64,000 nucleotides of DNA from Octopus sinensis (Eukaryota): contig NC_043001.1 in assembly GCF_006345805.1 (NCBI RefSeq), positions 53,320,001 through 53,384,000 of the forward strand. Direction: 5' to 3'. Both the position numbers and the translations under genes were made by a program. The notes beneath the pieces were generated by a model. The model was given only the letters and a program-made list of their open reading frames with translations. It made no database searches and was not told the origin of the DNA. Shown in pieces: positions 13,675-26,414 of this stretch. Each line of letters begins with the position of its first letter. Positions within the stretch are counted from its first letter, which is position 1.

Positions 13675-15276
13675 ATGACAGACAGAAGCTACAACTCAAA
13701 ACAAAAGAGGGACTCGTGAAAACCAAAGCCATCCTCATTAGAAGAGGATTATTCCAGGGAGACACGCTCTCTTCTTTTTCTGCTTGGCACTGACATCTTT
13801 ATCTGACATGCTAAATAGAACGGATGCGGATATAAATGTTACGGCAAAACAATAATCCACCGTTTATATATGGATGATCTAAAACTATACGCTACAAATA
13901 ATAAACAGCTGGAAACACTACTACAGACAGTACATGGATCTACCAAAGAAATAGATATGAGATTTGGATTTGAAAAATGTGCCAAAGCAATCCTGAAAAG
14001 AGTAAAATTAGTTAAGAGTAGCAACATCACACTAGATAAAGCCTATGAAATAAGGGAATTAGACCGAAGCCAAACATACAAATATTTAGGAATCAATGAA
14101 CTAGATACGATACAACACACAGAAATGAAAGAAAAATAAAGAAAGAATACCATAAACGAGTTAGATCAATACTGAAAACCAAGCTCAATGCTAAAAACAA
14201 GATAATAGGTATTAACACTTTAACCGTCCCACTTATAATTTACAGCTACAATCTCCTTAACTGGACACAAAAGCAAGAAAAATAATGACAGGATCAAGGA
14301 TGCACCACCCAAAATCTGACATAGAAAGGCTAAATATACAACGTATATATAGCCTTTCTATTATTGGAAGTAAGAAGATCAGGCTTGTTTAGGATGGAAG
14401 ATTGCAAAGATAAAGCACTGTACAAGCATTTGAGAATGAACGAAACTGAAAGTAGGTGGATAAAGAAAAGCATGCATGGTAAATTTCATTGGGATGTTGA
14501 CGATAGGGCAGACAGAGATAGCTATAGATGACTAAAAGTGATTTAAAACCAGAAAGAGAGGCTCTAATTTACACTGCCCAAGAGCTAGCATTAATAATCA
14601 ATTACATCAAATACAGAGTGAACAACACATCAAAAAGTGATAAGTGTACACATTTTGAACAAAATGGCGAAACCGTATGGCATATTACCAGTCAATGTAC
14701 ACCACTAGCCCAGAAAAAATATGAGACGTCATGACAATATAACAAGGACTGTGCATTGGATCCAACAATTAAGGACTTGACAGAGCAAATATATGGTACA
14801 TAAACCCGAAGGCATTATCGAAAATGATAATTCAAAGATCCTATGGGATTCTATGATTCAGGGCAAGCATGACATAGAGAATAGGAAACCAGACAGTTTT
14901 AATTGAATAAGAAAGCAAAAGATGCTGGATCATAGATATAGCAGGTGCAGTTGACAGCAAGGTTTGCGATAAAGATGAAAGAAAAGTTGATAGACATACC
15001 AGGTTAGCTTGGGACGTTATACAGTTGTGGTCGGTGAAAAAGGTGGTAGTCGTAGCAATAATTGTCAGAGCCCTTGGAACTGTTATTAAAAATCTTGAGA
15101 AGTAGATAACACAATTAGGAGATACAATAAGGGTGGAGCACTTGCAGAAAACAACAATGCTTGGAACCACTCAAATACTCCGGATGTTGCTCGAAAGATA
15201 AGGGGTGATTCCCTAGTTCCCTGGTAGTGAACAGTTGTTTCCGTAGTACATCCCCAGCGCTAGAATCAGTGCCAAG

Positions 15277-15277
<1 letters not shown>
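13675..15277 (+). mobile_element. 5'-truncated, decayed R4/Dong-like retrotransposon
   Basis: RRGLFQGDTLS (RT4), YMDDLKLY (RT5), RFGFEKCAKA, YKYLGINE (RT7), and decayed RHD/KPD/IDIA endonuclease motifs. The 3' UTR ends directly in (TAA)n at 15278. Confidence 0.9.
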
Positions 15278-15927
<650 letters not shown>

Positions 15928-18900
15928 TTTGCTGAAGAACACAGAGAGTCTATGGCAGAAATGAGGCAGAAAATCCTGAATACGCTTGAAGTTATAAGAC
16001 ATACAAGTATGAATGATAGAGAACCACTTCATAAACTCTCAAATACAAACCAAAATAAAAAACAAATCCAAATCGACAACTATGTAACAAATGAAATAAT
16101 ACGAGAATTAAAACCTGATTTTACTGAGTTAAATGAAATTATTTACGCTTCTGCTAGGGCAATTGAAACCAGCTGTATGCCCCCGAAAAAACAAAGAAAA
16201 CAAAACCTGGGAAGAAATCAAACCTGGTGAAGTAAAATTGAAAAAGAGATTGAATTTATGAGAGGGGAAATATCAATATTAAATTAATTAATATGTGGAA
16301 ATGATGTAAGATCCAGAACAGGAAGAAAGATGAAGAGAAAATGTGGATCCTCACCAAGAGAAGAACTGATATCAATAAAAGAAACGCTGAAACAAAAAGT
16401 CCAAGCAAAAGCCCAAAGAATACGAAGATTTGAGAAGAGAAACAAGTTTTACAAGCAAAATAAGCTGTTCACATCCAATGCCAAAAAATTCTACAGAGAA
16501 ATAGGGAAGGAGAAAGTAACCGTTAAAGACCCCCCTCCCATGGAAGAAGTTCAAAAGTTTTGGAAAAGGATTTGGAGTGACAAGAAGACGTACAACATTA
16601 ATGCAGACTGGAATATACAAACTGAAGGATCCTACCAAAATTTACAACAACAAGCATGGGAAGACATCACAATAGCAGACCTAAGAAAGGCACTCACGAA
16701 GGCCAATAATTGGAAATCCCCCGGTAAAGATAGGGTGCCGAATTTCTGGCTCGCATCGCTCCCATGCGCACACAGTAAGCTAGTTCAGCTGCTCAATGGA
16801 ATTATGAGAGACCCAAAGAAAACACCTGAATGGTTAGCAAGTGGCATTACTTACCTACCCCCAAAGAATAACGAAACCAACCTTCCAAAAAACTATCGGC
16901 CTATAACCTGTCTATCCACCACGTATAAAATCCTAACATCTATCCTGGCGGAGAAAACATATGCATTCATGGAGAAAAACGATATTTTCCCCATTGAACA
17001 AAAAGGGTGCCGTCGAGGCTCTTACGGATGCAAAGATCAACTGCTAATCAATCGTATGATCCTTGAGAACTGTCACAACAAGCGCAGAAATCTCAGCACC
17101 GTATGGATTGACTACAGAAAGGCCTTCTGTATACCGCATCCATGGATCTTGAGATCGATGGACATCTTCAAAATTTCCCCTGTGATTTCAAACTTCCTGA
17201 AGCACAATATGTCGTTGTGGAATACGAATCTCCAATTATACCACTCTAATGGAGTACTTGCCTCAGAAAATATAAACATCAACTGTGGAATTTTTCAAGG
17301 TGACTCACTTTCACCTTTAATATTCTGCATAGCCCTAATACCCCTTACAAGTGAATTAGACAGAACAGGGTATGGGTATAAAATTGCCAATAAAAAAATA
17401 AGCCATCTATTTTATATGGATGACTTAAAACTTTATGGTAAAGACAATAATGAACTTGAAGGCCTATTGCGCACCGTGAAAGCATTCAGCGATGACATTC
17501 AGTTTGGACTTGAGAAGTGTGCCAAAGCCACTTTCCAGAAAGGGAAAGTGAAGACCACAAATTCAGTCGTGTTAGATGTTGACACAGTCATAAGAGAGCT
17601 TGAGCAAGAACAAACATACAAATATTTAGGGATAAATGAAGGCTCTGGTATTCAGCATGCAAGCATGAAAGAGAAAATCAGGAAGGAATGTTATAGGAGA
17701 GTTCGTGCAGTCCTGAAATCTGAACTAAATGCACGTAACAAGGTGTTAGCTATAAATTCCTTAGCAGTTCCAGTTGTTACTTATAGCTACAATGTGTTGA
17801 ACTGGAATATGAGTGAAGTAAAGAATATAGATAGAAAAATACGCAAACTGCTGAGTTGTAATAGGATGCACCACCCAAAGGCAGACGTAGATCGCCTTTA
17901 CCTTCCCAGAGCCCAAGGAGGTCGAGGCCTGATCCAATTTGAACTAGCTTACAAAACAACCACAATTGGACTAGCCAAATATCTCGAAATATCGAATGAC
18001 TGGATGCTAAAGCTCGTGGAAAATCACGAGAGACGAAAGAAGCTTCATTCTATCATAAAGGAAAGCAAAAAATTTGCTATTGATCTCGTGCAGGATACCC
18101 AAACTGAACAACCCGAGGGAAGTACGGCAACTATTGTTGCAAAGAAGCTGAAAATGATGGCAATGAAAAAAGCGCAATTGGCTGATAGGTGGGAGGAGAA
18201 ACCTCTGCACGGCAAATATGTGACCCGTAGCAAACAAGCTGATGTTGACCAGAAGCAAACCCATCAGTGGCTACGGGGCTCAGGGCTAAAAGCAGAGAGC
18301 GAAGGTTTCATCCTGGCTGCTCAAGATCAAAGCCTATTAACCCGGAACTACCAGGCCAATGTGATGAAAAATGGAGCAGACCCAAAATGCCGATTCTGCA
18401 ATGACATGATTGAAACAGTGGACCACCTAATCTCTGGATGTAAAGTCTTAGCACCAGTGGAGTATAAATTAAGACATGACAGAGTTGGCCAATATCTCCA
18501 CTGGCTAATAAGTCGGCATTACAATATCAAAACTGCCGACAAGTGGTATAATCACCACCCCGAGGCTGTAACTGAAGGAGAAAATGTAACCATTCTGTGG
18601 GACTTTCCAGTACATACAGACCGAACCATCAAGGCCAATAAACCAGATATTGTTGTGAAAGACCAAAACAATAAAGTTTGCTTATTGATCGACATGAGCA
18701 TGCCCCGTGATCATTATATCTCAGCGAAAGAGTTTGACAAGCTCAGAAAATATAAAGACCTACTCATTGAAATTGAGAAAATGTGGCATCTCAAGGCGGT
18801 TACAATACCAGTGATCGTAGGAGCACTAGGAATGATCAATAAAGGAACCGAAAATTATATGAGAATGATCCCTGGCTTACCATCCCAGCAAGAAGTGCAA

Positions 18901-19129
18901 AAGATTGTCTTAACTGGTACATCACACGTATTGAGAAGAGCATTGTCGATGTGAGAACTGTTGCTGCTCATGTATTTTAATTTAACTTAAAAAAAAAAAT
19001 TTTTTTAATGAACGAACTATTGAGTTTGGTTTAATGGCCTACCAATGTATACTACGAGTTTCTTTGCCCTAGGAGTCGGGAAGACACTCGGCAAGAAATG
19101 GAAGCAAATTTGAAAGAAGAAAAAAAAAG
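15928..19129 (+). mobile_element. Near-intact, 5'-truncated R4/Dong-clade non-LTR retrotransposon inserted in (TAA)n
   Basis: Single reading frame open from the microsatellite junction (FAEEHRESMAEM...) with two premature stops between 16228 and 16290, a short 3' UTR, and (TAA)n on both sides. Confidence 0.93.
16330..18954 (+). CDS. Reverse transcriptase + CCHC zinc knuckle + restriction-like endonuclease (R4/Dong ORF, 874 aa portion)
   Basis: NWKSPGKD, NYRPITCLSTTYK, EQKGCRRGSYGCKDQL, WIDYRKAF, GIFQGDSLSP, HLFYMDDLKLY, YKYLG; CRFC-x8-H-x4-C; RHDRV; KPDIVV...LIDMSMP...K..KY. Confidence 0.93.
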   Translation: MKRKCGSSPREELISIKETLKQKVQAKAQRIRRFEKRNKFYKQNKLFTSNAKKFYREIGKEKVTVKDPPPMEEVQKFWKRIWSDKKTYNINADWNIQTEGSYQNLQQQAWEDITIADLRKALTKANNWKSPGKDRVPNFWLASLPCAHSKLVQLLNGIMRDPKKTPEWLASGITYLPPKNNETNLPKNYRPITCLSTTYKILTSILAEKTYAFMEKNDIFPIEQKGCRRGSYGCKDQLLINRMILENCHNKRRNLSTVWIDYRKAFCIPHPWILRSMDIFKISPVISNFLKHNMSLWNTNLQLYHSNGVLASENININCGIFQGDSLSPLIFCIALIPLTSELDRTGYGYKIANKKISHLFYMDDLKLYGKDNNELEGLLRTVKAFSDDIQFGLEKCAKATFQKGKVKTTNSVVLDVDTVIRELEQEQTYKYLGINEGSGIQHASMKEKIRKECYRRVRAVLKSELNARNKVLAINSLAVPVVTYSYNVLNWNMSEVKNIDRKIRKLLSCNRMHHPKADVDRLYLPRAQGGRGLIQFELAYKTTTIGLAKYLEISNDWMLKLVENHERRKKLHSIIKESKKFAIDLVQDTQTEQPEGSTATIVAKKLKMMAMKKAQLADRWEEKPLHGKYVTRSKQADVDQKQTHQWLRGSGLKAESEGFILAAQDQSLLTRNYQANVMKNGADPKCRFCNDMIETVDHLISGCKVLAPVEYKLRHDRVGQYLHWLISRHYNIKTADKWYNHHPEAVTEGENVTILWDFPVHTDRTIKANKPDIVVKDQNNKVCLLIDMSMPRDHYISAKEFDKLRKYKDLLIEIEKMWHLKAVTIPVIVGALGMINKGTENYMRMIPGLPSQQEVQKIVLTGTSHVLRRALSM

Positions 19130-19162
<33 letters not shown>

Positions 19163-19173
19163 TATCATTATTA

Positions 19174-19232
<59 letters not shown>

Positions 19233-19290
19233 CTGCTGTTGTTCTTGATATTGTTGCTTTTATTTTTGATGCTGTTATTGTTGACGATCA
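19130..19290. repeat. (TAA) then (TTA)/(TTG) microsatellite, 3' flank of the Dong element
   Basis: Directly visible; strand polarity flips from TAA to TTA at about 19143. Confidence 0.95.
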
Positions 19291-22200
19291 TGTTATTGCT
19301 TTCCTATAATTATTCGGGTTGTCACTTATTTATAACATTAGTCCACGTAAACAGAGTCTCTTACTTGACCCTTTGATGATGAGAAACAGCTATCTATAAA
19401 ATATATTAAGTATATATATTTAAAGCAATAAATCTAACAAAAAAAACAAATATAAGTGATAAATAGATAACGTATGTGCCTGTCTGTGTATGTATGTAAA
19501 TATCTATATAATTGTATTAACAGTATTATTTTGTACTACGTGTCGGAATATATATTTTTTTCTCTTCATAATTTTGGATATGTCTTTGCCAATAAGCAAA
19601 ATAATCGCGGATATTTTAGCTTTGAAACGTGAGTGTGACTTAATTCCAATTTATATTCTTGGTGAGTTTCGATGTGTTAATGTTTATGACTTACATTTTA
19701 GTATGATCTAGTGAAATATTTCTTTTACACCAGGGAGAAACAATTCCTATGCCGTATGTTATACACGCCACATTTGGGCTTTGCTCACATACATATCTAA
19801 GTTACCGAAAGTTATATATACAAAAGTGAGACCGACCAGAGTATCGATGTACTATAACTATAAAAACTTTAGCTGATCTGATATAAATTTTTTAAGTATG
19901 TCTCAGTAGAAATCACCTACATAACTACATAACTTGAATCACCTACATAAATACCTATGTATCAGTCGTTAGTGATTTAACCTATAATGTACGACTTAAT
20001 GTCACGATTACTATTCCTTGACAGCACTAGAATTTAAAGTTAATCTTTACATTTTGCCAACTAAGTTTATTATGAAGATCAAGCCTATGAAATCTACTAG
20101 GTTTTGATGGCGAGAAAATGAAGTCGGCACGCTTACAATGTAACTAAGTGAGAAGAAGCAAATATTATTATGAAAGTTATATAATGTGCGCTATTGCAGT
20201 TATCATATACAAGGTCATAAAACATTCGTAAAATCGAAGTGCAACATTTGTAATGGCGGTTTAGCTAAAATATCTTCATTTTTGTTAAACTACCATTGCT
20301 TCCCATCGTTGAAATACCAACAATCCAGTTCTGTGTTCTGGATATTAGTTATCTCTATGGTGCAGATGTAAACTACCAATGTTCATCAAGGTAGGCTAAT
20401 GTACGGTGTAACATGTAGCAACTAGGTGTATTAATACTAGGCAGGCCAAATGCATTTTTGAGGAAAACAAAATACTGGCATTCGACAAAGCATCGGTTAG
20501 AAAACTAGTGATGTCTATGTGTAGCCTCCAGAATGTTTAGTAGAATCTCTGATAGCTCTGTATTAGGACGTGGTTTCCTGATCATTTGGGTTCGCTGTTG
20601 ATGGTAGAAGATTATTGGCGCTGTTATCCGTTGGAGCAGCGAATATGGGTGTTGCGGTTGATAGATGATGATGAGGATGATGATGATGATGAGGAGGAGG
20701 AGGAGGAGGAGGAGGACGACGACGACGATGATGGCGACGATGGTGACCCAAGGTTACATATGCGCAAACCCATCCTTAAGATACCATCAGTTAATCATCT
20801 GCCTGACATTCAAATAAATCAGGATAGCTATTTGTTCGATTTTACAGTTTAATCCGTACATGGGTGTTATAAATACATATAAACATAATTTCATATAAAG
20901 CCAGGTTAGAATTCAAAGCAACTAGGTAGCATTTATGGGCTGTCGGTAGAATTGAGAACTAACGCTAGCAGAAATATTTCTTCATTTCAAAGAAGCTCTG
21001 AAATGTTTCCCTTATATTCTAGAATCCCAGTCTTGGCAATTTCAATTCTAATTCCAATTCCCATACTTATTTTACATGAACTGTTAACATTGGTTTATTA
21101 TATTAGCAGTAAATCGAAATTATGCAATAGAAGTGTACATCAATTAAATTGATTAGCGTTTATGATTAATTCATATTTTGAATAAAGTATCCCTTATGAA
21201 ATAGTAGATAGCGTCCTTCGTCATGTATCTTATTTGTTTAAAAAAGAATTTAAGCACATACTGTAAAATTTAATTACTGAAACACAAAATGGATGAAATG
21301 ATCACAGCTGAGGAAGATTTCCTGAAAAGTCTACTCGAGCGAGAATAATCTAAGTTTAAACAACAAAAACGACAACGAGGGCCTTGGCTACATAAAATTC
21401 AAACACATGTTTAGTAAGATTCAATTTGGATTTTTACGTTGGATGTTATTGTATACTGTAATATATTAATCTAGAACTGTATGGATTTCTATTTATCAAC
21501 CGTCCTAATAATTATAAAATGTTGTAAGAGTTGCTTCATTGTAATATTAGTCACAGGTTTGAGAATTGTAAGGAATAAACAGAAAATTTAGTGACCACAA
21601 AAAATGTATTGTAGTATTTTGTTACGTTAAGAGAAAGTGTGCAATTCACCCATTTATTGTCGATAAATTGAAATCATAATAAAGTGCTGAGATACGTCGA
21701 TTTGATCCACCCACTCGATCCACTAAAACATGTGCTACGTGTAAATGTTAGAATTGATTTTGAAGATGTTGATACGGTGAGAGTGAAACATCTAAACTTC
21801 CTATGATATCGCCTTAAATAATTTCTCTAAAGCAAAGTATTTTAGCACACCTTGGTTCTACATACTTACTTATATTTACACGTTCCAAAAGACTGCATTT
21901 TAGTTGCACTATCAAATAGTATCACTAAATATATTACGAAAATTCGCCATAATCTTCAACATTTAGTTTAATCTATGGGTGAAGACAACTGGAAATATTT
22001 CAGCACATTTTCTTGAAGCTATCTATAGTTAAACTGGAATCATCTATCTAAATTTATGTATCTTTATAACATATACTAGCGAAGCACTCGTCAAAAGTGA
22101 AACTATTTATTTAGGGTAGTTTTAGGATGTGTCTTCAAGTATTTTAGACCTTTCTACTTTTCTGGTTTGTGATATCACCGAAACTACGATACAATAATTC

Positions 22201-22753
22201 AATTAAGAAATAATGCATTGTTTTATTGTCTGTGCAAATTATCTTTTTCTTCTTGACCTCTGACATCGTTAAATTTAGGATATATTTCCTCGTTATATGT
22301 TTTCGACAACCACAGCCTAAAGTATTTTGATAATACTTGTATTCATTGTGTTACGAAACAAGGTAAATTTCAGAAAGAAGGGAAAGAATTCATCCTTGTT
22401 TGCTTGGTACTCGTGAGTACCCCCAAAGAGAATACAACTGAACTGGTTTATTATTTCTCATAATTCAACTTAGGGCTATACTCTTTATCTTTGAAACATT
22501 TTAGAATAGAATTGACTTTTCCCCTTATGAGAACGAATATCTGGAATATACGATTAGATTCAGAGGGAGAAATTTTCTTGAAAGTTTTTTACCGAATCCG
22601 CATTCGGTATCGCAAATATGCAGTGTGGCGATCGCCCATGTAACTCGGCAGTTCTTAAATTTGTATTTACAAAGAGAACATATTTTTTTATCTTTATCTC
22701 AAATAACCACTTAATGTATTGTACAAACCTTATTTGCCTCATTCTCCTGTTCT

Positions 22754-22973
22754 TATTTTTTTTATTAGCTACAAGGGGCTAAACATAGAGGGGACAAACA
22801 AGGACAGACAAAGGGATTAAGTCGATTACATCGACCTCAGTGCGTAACGGGTACTTAATTTATCGAACCTGAATGGCAAAGTCGACCTCGGCGGAATTTG
22901 AACTCAGACTGTAACGGCAGACGAAATACCGCTAAGCATTTCGCCCGGCAATTCTGCCAGCTCACTGCCCTCG
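22754..22973 (-). mobile_element. SINE family B (tRNA-like head, Deu/Nin-like core) with 12-bp target-site duplication
   Basis: Minus strand: gagctggcagaat...ctgagttcaaattccgccgaggtcgactttgcc...gataaattaagtacc, with a non-microsatellite tail ending aataaaaaaaataag. Direct repeat ttctcctgttct at 22742-22753 and 22974-22985. Confidence 0.85.
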
Positions 22974-23199
22974 TTCTCCTGTTCTATGAATAAATTTGTA
23001 GTCACCCATGTCAAATGTGACCTCTGAGATAAAACATTCAAATATTTGTCATTGCTCAAGCCATTGATTCATATTTGAAGTATATCATTTTGTCTAGGCC
23101 TTGTTGTTAAGTGAAATTTTATAAGTTAGTCCCAGGATCAGGCATCTGCATGTTGCCAACCCCTTTAAACCATGCATTATTTAGATGTTTCATTGTTTT

Positions 23200-25100
23200 G
23201 AAATATTTCTTGTCTTGCACAAGATATATCCTTGATTAATATAATTTCCGGATATTTTATCGGGCATACTATGGCAAGGAAGTTCATCGGAGGAAGCTCT
23301 TTCATTCGTGTTTCTATAGTAGCATTCTTCTGTCCTTATTAGATTTCATTGCTACTTGCACTCTCCGCAAACCTGGAGGGAAGATAATCCCTTTATATGC
23401 AAGTGAAACTTTTGAAGACAAAAGCATTTAGATTCTTTCAGATTAATATTTTGGAAATTATTTACCGAAACTTTAAAGCCTATCTTTCGACAGATTAATT
23501 CCCTTAGCAAAAATATATTTGTACGGAATAGACAAATAGAAAGGACTTCACACCAGTACATGCTGAATAAAGATGAGTACCTTCGATTAACAGATTCTGA
23601 TATATGTTTAGGCCCTCTATTCTTTTCAAATATTCTATCTCTACAACTGCACGTGACGTCATGCATTTCGTATTCTAATACTTGGCATATTTTTATATAT
23701 TTCATCTTAACCAAATCACTATTCCTTTTTAATTTCTTTAGTTTGATTATTCATCCTATAATAGCGCTTATGTATTTAACTGCTTTTACTGAATAACATA
23801 TTTCTGTATTAATGCGACAGCTGATTCCGAAATTGTAATATCTACTACACAACTTATTTGTTGTCAACTGGATTGTTTCCAATCTATACATTAGTATTTG
23901 GTCATCTATAACACACTGTGTGTACAGTAAAATTTGCATGGGAAAATTTGCTAAGTTTATTATTATCCATATATGACCATTAGAATTTAAATGATTACTG
24001 GAACAGAGAAATATGCATTGCTGAAATTTCATATTTTGCTTCCATAATATATTAAGTATTTCAGCGGAGACATCTACAATTATTTTGGGTCATTAAATGC
24101 TTCTTCTTTGTCCAAGATGATCAGAATATTAGTATGGTGTAATACCCATTCCTGGAATTTGATAGGGTAGTAATATTCTGAGACACTTTTCAAGACATTA
24201 ATTTTCAATGATATGTTTGAATTTTATCGATAACTTTCTAACCATAATATTTGGTCTGTCTAAACGGAAATAGAAAAGCTTTATTTACATTTCGGGAAAG
24301 ACTGCATATCACCAGTGGTAAATATATCCGGCTTTGAGAATTATATACCACAATGACATCTGTGGCGATACTTGAACCTGTGATGGAAAATAACCGTACT
24401 TTCTGTTAGACGTCAAATGATGATTATCGATAGCGCATGGCTGGAATATTATCAACAGCACAGATATAGAACGTATTCATTTTACTGATATCTATTTACT
24501 TATGTTTGTTTCTCATCCTATTTTCCCACAGGGACACCTAATGTATAAGCCACGGGATGAAGGCTTGAAATTAATATGATTGAATTAATATCAAACGCAT
24601 TTTCGGGATTTCAAATGCGGCATTAAACTCATCAAAATTTTTCTTTCAGTAAATGTTTTGCTAAAAATCATTGCTACTTAATCCACAATCGGTAAAATAT
24701 AACGTCTTCAAACATTGTTTCGAACTCCCTTGAATAATATATTTACTACTAAATTCGGAATATTATGTTCTGTTGCGTGTTAAGATCTTACACCGAAAGA
24801 CATTATGCGTAGTATTTTATACACGAATGTATAAACGTGGTTTGCTCTTATTTATCTGTATACCGTTGAGAAAGTCGTTGATATGGTCATCGAATAAGAT
24901 GTACATTACTCACACGTTTATAGATTTGATCACCAATGCGAAATTCATATAAACTAAGGCCAAGATTATCGAATATCTAAGCTTTACGTGGAGTAAATAC
25001 ACGTGCAGGCTTGTACGACATAGTATTGTATTTGAAGTATCTGTAATCGAAATTTCGAGGTCTACTCATTATATTACGCAACTACGGTAGTGTTTCTCTA
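23200..25100 (-). mobile_element. Possible extremely decayed Penelope-like ORF (N-terminal/pre-RT region)
   Basis: Minus-strand HRCHCG..FSKPDIFTTGDM, FQEWV and AFNDP recall the C-x-C..F....GH(V/I)ITGDL..KGPKY..EWV..FxDP order seen in a mollusc PLE family. Stops and frameshifts are dense. Confidence 0.3.
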
Positions 25101-26226
25101 CCAGTAGATAATATGATTATGCTTGCATGGGGGAAACTCAAATAAGAAAAGACTACCACTATAGAGTTCGCAAATATTTCTGCATACAGCCATATCACTA
25201 CAATATTTTTGACTGTATTATCTTTTCTTCAATATTATTCTCATTTGTTGGTCTTTTGTTCATATCTTTTTTAAAATTGGTTGACAATATGAAACTTTTA
25301 ACAATTTCTATGAATTGGCATCCATATTTCGTGCGCTTCGTCCTTTTTTTATATTTAGAACTCTTTTATATAGCCATAATTTTTTGCAGCATTGCATTTT
25401 ATTCATGTTGTTCTTCATCGAGACTCCTTTGGGTTAAGTTTGTTCTGATTCTTGTTATTTTACATCACTTATTCTCTCCAACACATATCGTGTAATGATC
25501 ACGTCTTCTCGCGGTTGAAAGTGCCGAATTTGTTTCCTGTGACTGAGGACTTGTCATTCCCTTTGACTAAAATGACGTGTTATCTATTCGAAAAATCATA
25601 ATTCTATAGAGCTTCCTTTGTTGTATTCATTTTAACGTCTTCAGTTCGTGGACCGATTACTGCCGCTTTTCATACAAATTTTCTTAGTGCATGATCGCAG
25701 AGAACGAGAAATGTAGTGAGGCTGGGTTTATTAGAAAACAGAATAAAGGTAGCAGTTTAGTGAAATTGTCTTCATAACATATGAAAACGTTTATTACGTA
25801 AACAAATTACCTCCGCTTTTGAATTTGTAAAGAAATCGGAGATCGCTACCAAAAGAAAAAAGTAAACCATTGCAAATATGCACATAAACAGAATGTCAAT
25901 ATTTACTTCAAATTTCCATGGAACAAATTTCCATCGAACAATCACCTGAATTTCTAATCATAAGATAAATCAACAGAAATTATTTAGCAAGAACGAAACT
26001 TCACCCAAATATTGGTTTATTGCTTTGAAAAGCTTGACATTTTTGCCAAACCGTTAACTGGATGTTTGACACTGTCTACGAGCAACTGCATATTTCATTC
26101 AAATACAGTATACTCAGTTAGCAATGCATCTTTAAATGCAGTTCTCAAAGCAAACTAGAAGAAACAAACAAAACGGAACATAACAAGTGACTAGGCATTT
26201 ATAATACTGATTTCAAATTTTGAACA

Positions 26227-26412
26227 ATGACTTCAGGGGAGGAGGTAGGTCTATTATATCGACCCGAGTGCTCAACTGGTACTTATTTTACTGACCCGAA
26301 AAGGATGAAAGGCAAAGTCGACCTCACCGTAATTTCACCCCAAAACGTACTGATGGATGAAATTCCGCAAAGTATTTTACTCGTTGTGCTAACGATTCTG
26401 CCAGCTCACCGC
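26227..26412 (-). mobile_element. SINE family B copy
   Basis: aaggatgaaaggcaaagtcgacctc core and gctaacgattctgccagctcaccgcc head, both on the reverse strand. Confidence 0.8.
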
Positions 26413-26414
26413 CT

